Shown here one piece after another: positions 19,539 to 28,191 of a stretch of DNA of 64,000 nucleotides. Within the stretch, counting starts at the first letter, position 1, and each line of letters starts with the position of its first letter. The notes under the pieces were generated by a model that saw only the letters and a list, made by a program, of their open reading frames with translations, was not told where the DNA came from and did no database searches. Origin of the DNA: Acidimicrobiia bacterium (lineage in GTDB: Bacteria > Actinomycetota > Acidimicrobiia > Spongiisociales > UBA11373); the NCBI GenBank assembly GCA_046714175.1, contig JBKKBI010000045.1, positions 200 to 64,199 of the forward strand, given 5' to 3'. The position numbers and the translations under genes were made by a program.

Positions 19539-21155
19539 TCAGGTGACGCCGCAAACGGAGATGCCCTCGAGGAAACCGCCCTTGAACGCCTCGAAGCGCA
19601 GGAACGCAGATGCTTCGTTCGCCGCTCCCGGCGTGGCGGAGAGTGCCAGCAACCCGGCGATTCCCTCCTCCAGGTCACCAGCGGTGAGGACGATGGGAAT
19701 GCGCGGGTCGTCGAGGGTGAGGGCTGCGGTCCATACCCCGGAAAGGCAATCCGCCTCGAGCTGGGCGGCCACGCCTTCGGTGGAGCGTCCCAGCCGCGTC
19801 TGCACTGCGCGGGCCCACTCGTTGGAGAGAACCAGCCCGATGGCAAAGTCACCGATCTCGTTGTAGAGCGACGGAAACAGGTTGGCGTCGTCCCAGGCGA
19901 CGTAGTCGTCGGCCGCGCAATAGAAGGCGTTGCCTTCGTAGAAATCTGCCGGAGGGAGGAATCCGCCACACTCGGGAACCTCGCCAGCCGGGTCGTAGGG
20001 GATCACATCCGAAACCGGCACCCACTCGTTGCCGAACAGGTCGGGATAGACGATCGCCCAGAACGCCTCCAGAGCATCGATGAGCAGGGGAGCGGTGTCG
20101 TTGTAGGGAAGGTTGACATCCTCGCCCTGGGCGAGCAGATCGAGACCGATCTGCGAGGAAACCACGATCTCGTCTCGGGGAATGGTCTCGTACTCGGCAC
20201 AACGCACCGCCCCGCGGTCGTAGCCGTCGAAGAATGCGTTGAGACGGTCGAACGACAACCCGTGGGCCCCTTCACCATGCGGGGCGGTGCCCAACGAATC
20301 GCCGATGAGCAGGAAGCCGGACATGGCCTCTTCAAGGTCGCCGGGGTGGAGCGCCATGATCTCGCTGCCCCCGTCGGCCACGTGGCCCGTCCACGCTCCG
20401 GCCAAACAGTCGGCCTGCAACTCGGAGACGATCGTCGGGCTGGACGAGTCGTCGAATCCAAAGCGTTCCTGGATGGCGTGGCCCCACTCGTGGGCGATCA
20501 CCAGGGACACGGTGAAATCGCCGAACTGCTCGTACAGAGGCGCCATCAGACCTTCGGCGTCCCACTGCACCGTGTCTTCGAATCCGCAGTAGAAGGCGTT
20601 GCCCTCATAGTTCTCCGCACTCATAGGGGCGCCGCAGGTGGGAACGTCGCCCCGGGAGGGGAAGTAGGGGCCGTTGACCACGGGGGTGGTGTAGGTAAGA
20701 CCCCACACCGCGCTCAACTCGTCGGCCCAGAACAAGTCAAGATCCGCAACCGTGCCGTCGGCGGCCGCCTCCATCGTGGCGAACGGAGGTATGTCTCCGC
20801 CGGCGGAGGTGGTGCCGGTGGTGTCCCCGGTCCGTGCGCAGATCTCGATGATCTCGACTGCGAGCGGGTCCGAACCGATGTTGGGTGTGTTGGTCGAGTA
20901 ATCGAGAAACTCCTCCAGCGTCAGCCGGGATTGGTACTCGTTGATGGTGCAACGGCACAGATCCTCGCCCGCCTCGGGGCGACATCCGTCCATGTAGGCG
21001 GCGACGATCTCCTCCGGATATTGCTCCCCGGTCGGGTTGGTAGGTGCTGTCGTCGACGCCGCGGTGGTGGCGGTCGTGGTCGATGTCGCATCGTCGTCTC
21101 CACAGGCGGCAACGAATATCGCCAGCGCCACCAGGACCACGCTCACACGCTTCAT
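19539..21155 (-). CDS. Lipoprotein with two tandem YpfJ-like neutral zinc metallopeptidase domains
   Basis: I prefer the start MKRVSVVLVALAIFVAACGDD (ATG 21155). The first domain has VIAHEWGHAIQERFG and LQADCLAGAW. The second has a degenerate LSNEWARAVQTRLG and LEADCLSGVW. Confidence 0.75.
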   Translation of the reverse strand: MKRVSVVLVALAIFVAACGDDDATSTTTATTAASTTAPTNPTGEQYPEEIVAAYMDGCRPEAGEDLCRCTINEYQSRLTLEEFLDYSTNTPNIGSDPLAVEIIEICARTGDTTGTTSAGGDIPPFATMEAAADGTVADLDLFWADELSAVWGLTYTTPVVNGPYFPSRGDVPTCGAPMSAENYEGNAFYCGFEDTVQWDAEGLMAPLYEQFGDFTVSLVIAHEWGHAIQERFGFDDSSSPTIVSELQADCLAGAWTGHVADGGSEIMALHPGDLEEAMSGFLLIGDSLGTAPHGEGAHGLSFDRLNAFFDGYDRGAVRCAEYETIPRDEIVVSSQIGLDLLAQGEDVNLPYNDTAPLLIDALEAFWAIVYPDLFGNEWVPVSDVIPYDPAGEVPECGGFLPPADFYEGNAFYCAADDYVAWDDANLFPSLYNEIGDFAIGLVLSNEWARAVQTRLGRSTEGVAAQLEADCLSGVWTAALTLDDPRIPIVLTAGDLEEGIAGLLALSATPGAANEASAFLRFEAFKGGFLEGISVCGVT

Positions 21156-21514
21156 CGCCCCAACCTCCTCCAGCCTCGCCACGGACCCGCCTTGGGGCCG
21201 GTGTCGGCAAGGGTATCCACCGAGATCCTGGGCTCGAACAGTTCTGCGATCCGTCCCCCCAACCACCGGTCGAACGGATCATCCGAGGCGGTGATCGCGG
21301 CGTAAGCCTTGTCGGAGTCCGCGGACTCGGTGTAGATCATGGCGTAATCTCCTCCGGCCACGGGAGCCTGGCACACCACCTGGCGGGTGATCCCGCGGCG
21401 GCGGTGCGATTCGGCCCACTCCACCCGGCGCGAACCCATGAGTTCGGCGACAAACGCCCGGAAGTCGTCGCCGCGACCGGAGCGGATCTTCATCACATAG
21501 ATGGTCGGCGCCAA
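21152..21514 (-). CDS. Hypothetical protein
   Basis: 120-aa ORF. Its stop overlaps the downstream ATG (ATGA). No family recognised. Confidence 0.5.
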   Translation of the reverse strand: MAPTIYVMKIRSGRGDDFRAFVAELMGSRRVEWAESHRRRGITRQVVCQAPVAGGDYAMIYTESADSDKAYAAITASDDPFDRWLGGRIAELFEPRISVDTLADTGPKAGPWRGWRRLGR

Positions 21515-21632
21515 GAGATCACCTCGGGGGCGGGGTATTTCAAGTCAGGGTAGCGATGGGAAGGTGACTCGCCGCCGTGGGGAAGGGACCGCCTCCGCCA
21601 TATCCTCGGGCGTCGCCTAGCCTCGCGCGCCC

Positions 21633-23078
21633 ATGAGGATCCTCGTCACCGGTGCCACCGGGTACATCGGCGGGCGCCTCGTGCCCCGGTTGCTGGACGC
21701 CGGTCACGAGGTGCGGTGCGTGGCACGCCACCCGCACAAGCTGTCCCTCTACCCGTGGCGCGACCGGGTCGAGGTCGTGGCCGGCGACGTGCTCGACGAG
21801 CGGTCGATCAAGGAAGCGATGATCGGTTGCGACGCCGCCGTGTACCTGGTGCACTCGATGGCGGCGGGTTCCGATTTCGTCCGCCTAGATCGCCGGGCGG
21901 CAGCCAACTTCCGCACCGCAGCGGAAGACACTGGCCTGGGCCGCATCGTCTATCTCGGGGCCCTGGGCGACGGCACCTCCTCCCGCTCCCGCCACCTCGA
22001 CAGCCGCCACGAGGTGGGTCGCATCCTCGCCGATGGCTCGACTCCGACCACCGAGGTGCGTGCGGCAGTGATCATCGGGTCTGGATCCCTCTCGTTCGAG
22101 ATGCTGCGATCGCTGACCGAGGTACTTCCGGTGATGACCACCCCGAAGTGGGTGCGTACTCGGTGCCAGCCGGTGGCGGTGAGCGATGTGCTCGAAGTCC
22201 TGCGGGGAGCCATCGAAGAACGCTCCCCAGACGATCGCATCCTCGAAGTGGGCGGACCAGAGGTCCTCACCTACGGCGAGATGATGCAGATCTACGCCCA
22301 GGAGGCAGGACTGCGGCGACGCATCCTCATCCCGATCCCACTGCTCACCCCGTGGCTTTCGTCGTGGTGGATCGGTCTGGTCACTCCACTTCCTCCCAAG
22401 GTAGCCCGGCCCCTCGTCGAGAGCCTGCGCCACGAAGTGGTAGCAACTACCCAACAGAACCTGGTCCCGCTGGAGCCGACACCCTTCCGGGTGGCGGTGC
22501 GCCGCGCCCTCAGCCGCCTCCCCGGCGGCGTGATCACCCGGTGGTCGGATGCGGACTCGCAGCCGGCGGCACCGGTGCCCACCGACCCGGCGTGGTCAGG
22601 TGGCACCGTGTTCATGGACCGCCAGGTGATGCCGACCGACACCGATGCCACCCATCTCTACTGGGCCTTCAGCCGGATCGGAGGACGCGTCGGGTACTAC
22701 GGACTCGATTGGGCGTGGCGGATTCGCGGCATCCTCGATCGCTTGGTCGGGGGCGTCGGCCTACGCCGCGGCCGGCGTCATCCCACCGAGGTCCGCGTCG
22801 GTGAAGCGGTGGACTTCTGGCGCGTCGATGACGTGGTGCCGGGCCGGAGCCTGCGGCTGCACGCCGAGATGCGCCTGCCCGGCAACGCCTGGCTGGAATG
22901 GGAGATCCGCGACACCGAATTCGGCACCGACCTGATCCAGACCGCGTGGTTCCGTCCCCGCGGTCTGGCGGGGCGGATCTATTGGTATCTGATGCTGATC
23001 CCGCATCGCATCGTGTTCCCCCGGATGGCGCACCGGATCACCGCGGCTGCAGAAGAGCGCGGTTTCACCTGTCGATGA
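21633..23078 (+). CDS. NAD(P)-binding SDR-family protein fused to a DUF2867-like C-terminal domain
   Basis: MRILVTGATGYIGGRLVPRLLDAGHEV is a Rossmann motif. The C-terminal half is similar to DUF2867 proteins (WLEWEI, RIYWYLMLIPHRIVF). Confidence 0.8.
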   Translation: MRILVTGATGYIGGRLVPRLLDAGHEVRCVARHPHKLSLYPWRDRVEVVAGDVLDERSIKEAMIGCDAAVYLVHSMAAGSDFVRLDRRAAANFRTAAEDTGLGRIVYLGALGDGTSSRSRHLDSRHEVGRILADGSTPTTEVRAAVIIGSGSLSFEMLRSLTEVLPVMTTPKWVRTRCQPVAVSDVLEVLRGAIEERSPDDRILEVGGPEVLTYGEMMQIYAQEAGLRRRILIPIPLLTPWLSSWWIGLVTPLPPKVARPLVESLRHEVVATTQQNLVPLEPTPFRVAVRRALSRLPGGVITRWSDADSQPAAPVPTDPAWSGGTVFMDRQVMPTDTDATHLYWAFSRIGGRVGYYGLDWAWRIRGILDRLVGGVGLRRGRRHPTEVRVGEAVDFWRVDDVVPGRSLRLHAEMRLPGNAWLEWEIRDTEFGTDLIQTAWFRPRGLAGRIYWYLMLIPHRIVFPRMAHRITAAAEERGFTCR

Positions 23079-23854
23079 GTGGGGTTCTCCTCGTCGGCGG
23101 CGCAGTCGCCGCCGCATCGTTCCTGGCGTTGTGGCTGATCAGCCTGCCCCTGCACAACACCTCGATCGTCGATCCGTTCTGGGGCCCGGCGCTCTCCATC
23201 GTCGCCTGGAGTACCTACCTCGCTGCCGACTCCCCCGGGAGTCGCGGACTGCTGCTGACAATCCTGGTGACGGTGTGGGGATTGCGCCTGGGGTTCCACC
23301 TGGCGATTCGCAACCGGGGCAAGGGCGAGGACTTTCGTTACCGGGAGTTTCGGCGCCGCTGGGGTGACCGCTACTGGATCGTGAGCCTGTTCACGGTCTT
23401 CGTGCTGCAAGCCGTGCTGCTGTGGATCGTGGCGATGCCGGTCCAGGTGGCAATGGCCAACGGAGGAACGCTGGGGGTGGCAACACTGATAGGCCTGACT
23501 CTGTGGGGGCTCGGCCTGTTTTTCGAGACACTGGGTGACCTGCAGTTGGTGCGCTTCAAACGCGATCCGGCCAACCAGGGCAAGGTGATGGACCGCGGCC
23601 TGTGGAGCCTCACCCGGCATCCCAACTACTTCGGTGACTTCACTGTGTGGTGGGGCCACTTCCTGGTGGCGGTCGATGGTTGGGGAATGCTGTGGACCAT
23701 CGTCGGGCCGATCGTGATGTCGGTCCTCCTGCTCCGGGTGAGCGGAGTGACCCTCCTGGAGAAGTCACTGGTGAAGCGAAGGCCGGGGTATGAGGAGTAC
23801 GTGTCTCGGGTGAACGCGTTCTTTCCGGGGAGACCGCGAGCAGCTGGCGGATAG
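23075..23854 (+). CDS. DUF1295 / steroid 5-alpha-reductase-like membrane protein
   Basis: The ATG at 23075 overlaps the upstream stop (ATGA). Contains SIVDPFWG, GLWSLTRHPNYFGDFTVWWG. Multi-TM. Confidence 0.8.
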   Translation: MSGVLLVGGAVAAASFLALWLISLPLHNTSIVDPFWGPALSIVAWSTYLAADSPGSRGLLLTILVTVWGLRLGFHLAIRNRGKGEDFRYREFRRRWGDRYWIVSLFTVFVLQAVLLWIVAMPVQVAMANGGTLGVATLIGLTLWGLGLFFETLGDLQLVRFKRDPANQGKVMDRGLWSLTRHPNYFGDFTVWWGHFLVAVDGWGMLWTIVGPIVMSVLLLRVSGVTLLEKSLVKRRPGYEEYVSRVNAFFPGRPRAAGG

Positions 23855-24041
23855 GAGAGAACGGGCACGGTCACCTCTGCCATCGGCCCTTTCGCCGCGT
23901 CCCTGATCGCCGACAGCTTCCGATCGGGCTCACATCCTGTGGATAAGTTCCCGGGTTTTCGGGGTAACCGTGTCACCCGAGCACGCGCCGCAAGGTCTAA
24001 GCACCGTAAGGGGAATGCCCACAACTTAGGAGGTACCCTTC

Positions 24042-24548
24042 GTGGACATCACACTCATCCTGCTCGGCGCAATCCTGGTCACCTACGGGTGGTACTGGGG
24101 AGGCATCACCGAGTCCCGCACCACGGCATACGCCCTCGGTGTAGGAGCGCTCTTGCTGGGCCTGACCTTCGCATTTACGGGCGGAGGCGACGGCGACGCG
24201 GTTGGAGGCTCGTTGTGGGCCTACGGCGCGATTTTCGCCTTCTTGGCCGCGGCAAACGCGTGGAACGAGTCGTCGCAGGACCGCACCTACGGCATGTTCG
24301 CATTGCTGTTCGCGGTCGTGGCCTTCTTCGCGTTCATGTACTTCAACGACAACAGCGCTCCCGGGCAGTACACCTTCTCGGCGCTCCTGTTGGTCGCGAC
24401 GTTCTTCCTGCACTTCATCTCGGCGGGCTTGGTCGCGGACAACCGTGGTTTCAAGGCAACCGTCGGATGGCTGACGCTGGCTGTGGGCTTCGTGCTCGTG
24501 TACTTCGGATTTGCCGAGGCCTTGGGCAACGGGCTCGACCCCATGTGA
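24042..24548 (+). CDS. Small six-helix membrane protein, possibly AmiS/UreI-like channel
   Basis: 168 aa. GTG start preceded by TAGGAGGT. Size and helix pattern resemble AmiS/UreI. The family call is a weak recollection only. Confidence 0.55.
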   Translation: MDITLILLGAILVTYGWYWGGITESRTTAYALGVGALLLGLTFAFTGGGDGDAVGGSLWAYGAIFAFLAAANAWNESSQDRTYGMFALLFAVVAFFAFMYFNDNSAPGQYTFSALLLVATFFLHFISAGLVADNRGFKATVGWLTLAVGFVLVYFGFAEALGNGLDPM

Positions 24549-24586
24549 GCAGTGATCGGTTCCGGCTTGCCGGAGTCGGTTGAATT

Positions 24587-24620
24587 GGTGAGCGGGAGAC
24601 CCCTAGGTCTCCCGCTCACC
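24587..24620 (+). terminator. Intrinsic terminator
   Basis: ggtgagcgggagacc / ccta / ggtctcccgctcacc gives a 15-bp perfect stem, followed by gttcttct. Confidence 0.8.
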
Positions 24621-24660
24621 GTTCTTCTACCCTCTGCAGGACAGCTAGCGAGGAAACGTC

Positions 24661-26514
24661 ATGGAACCGAGAGAGCTCCTCGAACAGATCCGGGCCCGGG
24701 TAGGGACGCCGGTGGAGGAAGTCACCTTTGCCAGGTATCTGGAAATGGTCCGCGACGATCCCCGACTGGCCCGGCTTTCCCATGCCCTGATCGCCGACAC
24801 CATCGATGCCGCCGGCTTGTCGGTCGGACCGGACGGCGAAGAGCGCTTTGACCTCTTCGAGGGCGAACTGTTCGGAAACGAGCACGTGGTCCAGCAAGTC
24901 GCCGACTACTTCCGCGCCGCCGGCCGCCGCCTCGACGTGCGCAAGCGCATCCTCCTTCTCGTCGGGCCACCGGGCTCAGGCAAATCGACCCTGGTCAACA
25001 CCCTGAAGCGCGGGGTGGAGGCTTACACCAGCACCGATGACGGGCGGGTGTATGCGGTCAAGGGATCCCAGATGCACGAAGACCCGCTCCGTCTGATCCC
25101 CCCGGACCTACGCGACGGAGTCGACGTCTATGTCGAGGGCGACCTCAACCCGGAGGTTCGCTGGATGGTGGACAACATATACCAGGGCGACATCACCAAG
25201 GTCCCGATCCGGCGAATTCAGTTCTCCATCTCTCACGGCGTCGGGTTCGGAACGTTTGTCGCCACCGACCCGAGGTCCGAGGATCTCACCCGTCTCGTGG
25301 GCGACGTCGACCTCAGCCTGCTCGACCCGGACGATCCCACTTCGGCCAAGCGCGCCTACAAGTTCAACGGCGAACTCAACGCCGCCCACCGCGGCATGGC
25401 CGACCTGCTCGAAGTCTTCAAGATGGATGAGCGCTTCCTGGCCGTGCTCCTCAGCCTGAGCCAAGAGCAGATCGTCAAGACCAACGGGCCGGGGACCATG
25501 TACGCCGACGAGGCGGTGATCGCCCAGAGCAACCTCGCCGAGTATGAAGAACTGGTCGCCAACCCCCGGGCCGCAGCAATGCTGGATCGGCTCGTCGTTG
25601 TCAAGGTGCCGTTCGTGCTCTCGGTTCGCGACGAGATCCGCATCTATGAAAAGATGCTCTCCGGAGCCGACCTGGGGCGCAACGACGTCTCCCCGCTGGC
25701 GTTGCACACCGCAGCCACGTTTGCGGTACTCACCCGGCTCACCCATCCCGGCGGCGGCATGCAGGGTCTGATCCGCAAGCTCCACCTGTACGACGGCCGC
25801 TTCGGCAGCCACGGTGGAGCCGAGGACGTCGTACGTCTCCGCGAGAAGTCGCCCGAAGAGGGCATGACCGGCCTCAGCCCCCGGTACGTGATCAACCGGC
25901 TCTCCTCCGTGGCCGGGTCCACCAAGGGCTGCCTCGACGGGATGGCGGTGCTACAGGCATTGTGGGACGGGCTCCCGCAGCGCGCCGGTTTCACCGAGTC
26001 GGAGCGGGAACGATGGGGGGCATTGCTCAGCGCCACCGAGGCCGAGTACGACGAGATGGTCCAGCTGGAACTGCGCAAGGCAGCAGTCCTCGGCTACCGC
26101 GAGTCGGCGGAGAAGATGGCCCGCGCCGTCAAGGACGAAGTGGCGCGCTGGGAGAAGGAGGGAGAGCAAGCCAACATGCCGACACTGCGCCGCATCGAAC
26201 GGCTCATCGACGTTCCTCAGTACGGCCGGGACCGGTTCCGCAAGGCTCTGGTCGCCAACTTCGAGTTGAAGGGGCAGCGGGGCCGTCCGTTGCACACCCG
26301 GCATCCGCTCCTTGAAGAAGCCATCCAGCGCGCTTTGCTCCCCTCGTGGAGCGATGTCACCAAGATGCTCGAAGATCAGTCCGAAGGATTGGTCGAAGGC
26401 CTGGGGTCGGCGGGGTGGAAGAAGGGCTGCTCCCGCCACGTGGTGGAGTACGCCACCAAGTTCACTTCCAAGCGCGACCGCAAGAACGAGCAGAAGCCGA
26501 CTTGGTATAGCTGA
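24661..26514 (+). CDS. prkA: PrkA family serine protein kinase (AAA+ N-domain)
   Basis: 617 aa. Contains FEGELFGNEHVVQQVADYF and Walker A LLVGPPGSGKSTL. PrkA-type middle and C-terminal regions. Confidence 0.88.
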   Translation: MEPRELLEQIRARVGTPVEEVTFARYLEMVRDDPRLARLSHALIADTIDAAGLSVGPDGEERFDLFEGELFGNEHVVQQVADYFRAAGRRLDVRKRILLLVGPPGSGKSTLVNTLKRGVEAYTSTDDGRVYAVKGSQMHEDPLRLIPPDLRDGVDVYVEGDLNPEVRWMVDNIYQGDITKVPIRRIQFSISHGVGFGTFVATDPRSEDLTRLVGDVDLSLLDPDDPTSAKRAYKFNGELNAAHRGMADLLEVFKMDERFLAVLLSLSQEQIVKTNGPGTMYADEAVIAQSNLAEYEELVANPRAAAMLDRLVVVKVPFVLSVRDEIRIYEKMLSGADLGRNDVSPLALHTAATFAVLTRLTHPGGGMQGLIRKLHLYDGRFGSHGGAEDVVRLREKSPEEGMTGLSPRYVINRLSSVAGSTKGCLDGMAVLQALWDGLPQRAGFTESERERWGALLSATEAEYDEMVQLELRKAAVLGYRESAEKMARAVKDEVARWEKEGEQANMPTLRRIERLIDVPQYGRDRFRKALVANFELKGQRGRPLHTRHPLLEEAIQRALLPSWSDVTKMLEDQSEGLVEGLGSAGWKKGCSRHVVEYATKFTSKRDRKNEQKPTWYS

Positions 26515-26543
26515 TCCGATGCGGCTCAACGCTGCATCGGATC
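26513..26543 (+). terminator. Hairpin overlapping the prkA stop codon
   Basis: gatccgatgc / 11-nt loop / gcatcggatc gives a 10-bp perfect stem. No U-tract. Confidence 0.4.
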
Positions 26544-26547
26544 AACG

Positions 26548-26589
26548 TCATCCGTTGTCCGTTACCCGTTATCGGTTGACGGAGAACCG
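26548..26589. repeat. Degenerate heptamer array (NNNCCGT)x4-6, inverted relative to the adjacent (GCAACGG) array
   Basis: Sequence catccgt tgtccgt tacccgt tatcggt tgacgga gaaccgg. The core CCGT is the complement of the ACGG core of the next array. Confidence 0.65.
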
Positions 26590-26591
26590 GG

Positions 26592-26675
26592 GCAACGGGC
26601 AACGGGCAACGGGCAACGGGCAACGGGCAACGGGCAACGGGCAACGGGCAACGGGCAACGGGCAACGGGCAACGG
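26592..26675. repeat. Perfect heptamer tandem array (GCAACGG)x12, family C
   Basis: 84 nt of exact gcaacgg repeats. It lies between convergent prkA and cca and ends 1 nt before the cca stop codon (26677-26679). Confidence 0.97.
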
Positions 26676-26676
26676 T

Positions 26677-28065
26677 TTATAGGCCTCTCTGTCTCTTCCA
26701 CTCATCGAGCATCCGGTACGCCGCCGCTTCGCTGAACGGCCCCTCGTCGAGGCGGTGCTCGAGGAGCATGTCCAGCGCTGCGCCGACGAGCGGTCCGGGC
26801 TTCACCCCGAGATAGGCCATGACCTGATGGCCGTCGAGGGGGGGACGGATCGAGTCCAACTCCTCGCGCTGGCGCAGGTCGGCGATTCGTTCCTCCAACT
26901 CGTCGACCTGGCGGCTGATCTGACGGGACTTGCGATCGTTGGCGGTGGTGACATCACAACGAACCAGCGTGTTGAGCCGGTCGAGCAGCGCACCGGCGTC
27001 GCGCACGTAGCGACGCACCGCCCGATCCGTCCATCCCAGACGAAAGGTGTGCGCCCGCATGTGCAGGTAGACGAGGTCGGCGACCAGTTCGATGTCTTCG
27101 TTGCCGTAGCGCAGTTCCCGCATTCGGGTCCGGGTGAGCCGAGCCCCAACAACCTCATGATGGTGAAACGTCACGCCCTGGGGACCGATCTCGCGCGTGG
27201 CCGGCTTGCCGACATCGTGAAACAGAGCCCCGAGGCGCACTATGCGATCGGGCGGGCACTTCCCCACCACCGCGATCGTGTGCGCCAGCACATCCTTGTG
27301 TCGGTGTTCCGGATCCTGGGCTACGGCGAGCGCCGACAGTTCTGGGATGAATCGGTCCGCCAACCCGGTCTCGATCACCCCCCACAACGCGCTTTCGACC
27401 TGTTCGCCCACGACGAGCCTGTCGAACTCTTCGCGAATACGTTCCGCGCTCACGATCGACAGACGGTCGGCCAAGGTGCGAATCGCCGCCACTGCGGCTT
27501 TGTCCGGCGCGAACCCAAGGGTGGAAACGAACCGAAACAACCGGAGCATGCGCAGCGGGTCATCACCGAACGAGACATCAGGTGAGAGCGGCGTACGCAA
27601 CACACTGCGCCCGAGGTCGACCAGGCCGCCGAACGGATCCACCATCTCCGGCTGGGGGAGAAGCCGGAGGGCGATCGAGTTGACGGTGAAATCACGGCGC
27701 GACAGGTCGACCTCGAGGTCACGCGTGAAGGACACCTCCGGCTTGCGGCTGTCTTCGCGATAGCGCTCGCTGCGAAATGTGGTGACTTCGACGGAGACGT
27801 CACCGAGGCGGCCACCGACGGTACCGAACTCCTTGCCTACGGTGACGACTCCATGAGCCCATCCCTTGAGTAGGTCGTGGATCTGGTCCGGCGACGCGTC
27901 GGTGGTGAAGTCGAACTCGGCCACCGAACGGTCTCGCGCCATGAGTGCGTCCCGCACGCTTCCCCCCACCAGGAACAGCTGATGTCCGGCGTCGGCAAAT
28001 CGCCGCGCTACCCGCATGGGCACACCATCGGCGCGAAGTAGCACCTCAAGGCGTCTGGGGATCAT
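26677..28065 (-). CDS. cca: CCA tRNA nucleotidyltransferase (class II, HD domain)
   Basis: I prefer the start MIPRRLEV (ATG 28065). Contains FLVGGSVRDALM, the DFTTD motif, the RDFTVNS motif and HD-domain HRHKDVLAHT. Confidence 0.85.
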   Translation of the reverse strand: MIPRRLEVLLRADGVPMRVARRFADAGHQLFLVGGSVRDALMARDRSVAEFDFTTDASPDQIHDLLKGWAHGVVTVGKEFGTVGGRLGDVSVEVTTFRSERYREDSRKPEVSFTRDLEVDLSRRDFTVNSIALRLLPQPEMVDPFGGLVDLGRSVLRTPLSPDVSFGDDPLRMLRLFRFVSTLGFAPDKAAVAAIRTLADRLSIVSAERIREEFDRLVVGEQVESALWGVIETGLADRFIPELSALAVAQDPEHRHKDVLAHTIAVVGKCPPDRIVRLGALFHDVGKPATREIGPQGVTFHHHEVVGARLTRTRMRELRYGNEDIELVADLVYLHMRAHTFRLGWTDRAVRRYVRDAGALLDRLNTLVRCDVTTANDRKSRQISRQVDELEERIADLRQREELDSIRPPLDGHQVMAYLGVKPGPLVGAALDMLLEHRLDEGPFSEAAAYRMLDEWKRQRGL

Positions 28066-28191
28066 GGGGGAATGGTAAGCCCGCGAGTTCAGCCTGATTG
28101 GTTGGGGCAAGCAATTGGCGAGTCTGCTGCCAACGCTCATGGCAGCCGGTAGCCGCAGAGTGCCGACGATCGCGCCCGGACGACCAGCAGA

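Noticed and set aside
23938-23946. A perfect TTATCCACA DnaA box (as tgtggataa) upstream of the small membrane protein gene at 24042.
   Set aside because: It is a single isolated 9-mer about 18 kb from dnaA. One such match is close to chance expectation in 64 kb on both strands, and no second box lies nearby.
23855-24041. A possible riboswitch in the 187-nt leader of the AmiS/UreI-like membrane protein gene.
   Set aside because: Only short, weak hairpins are present, and nothing resembles a riboswitch class I can recall.
26548-26675. Heptamer arrays as a possible CRISPR or miniature CRISPR-like locus.
   Set aside because: The period is 7 nt with no unique spacers and no cas genes. The architecture is a simple tandem repeat.
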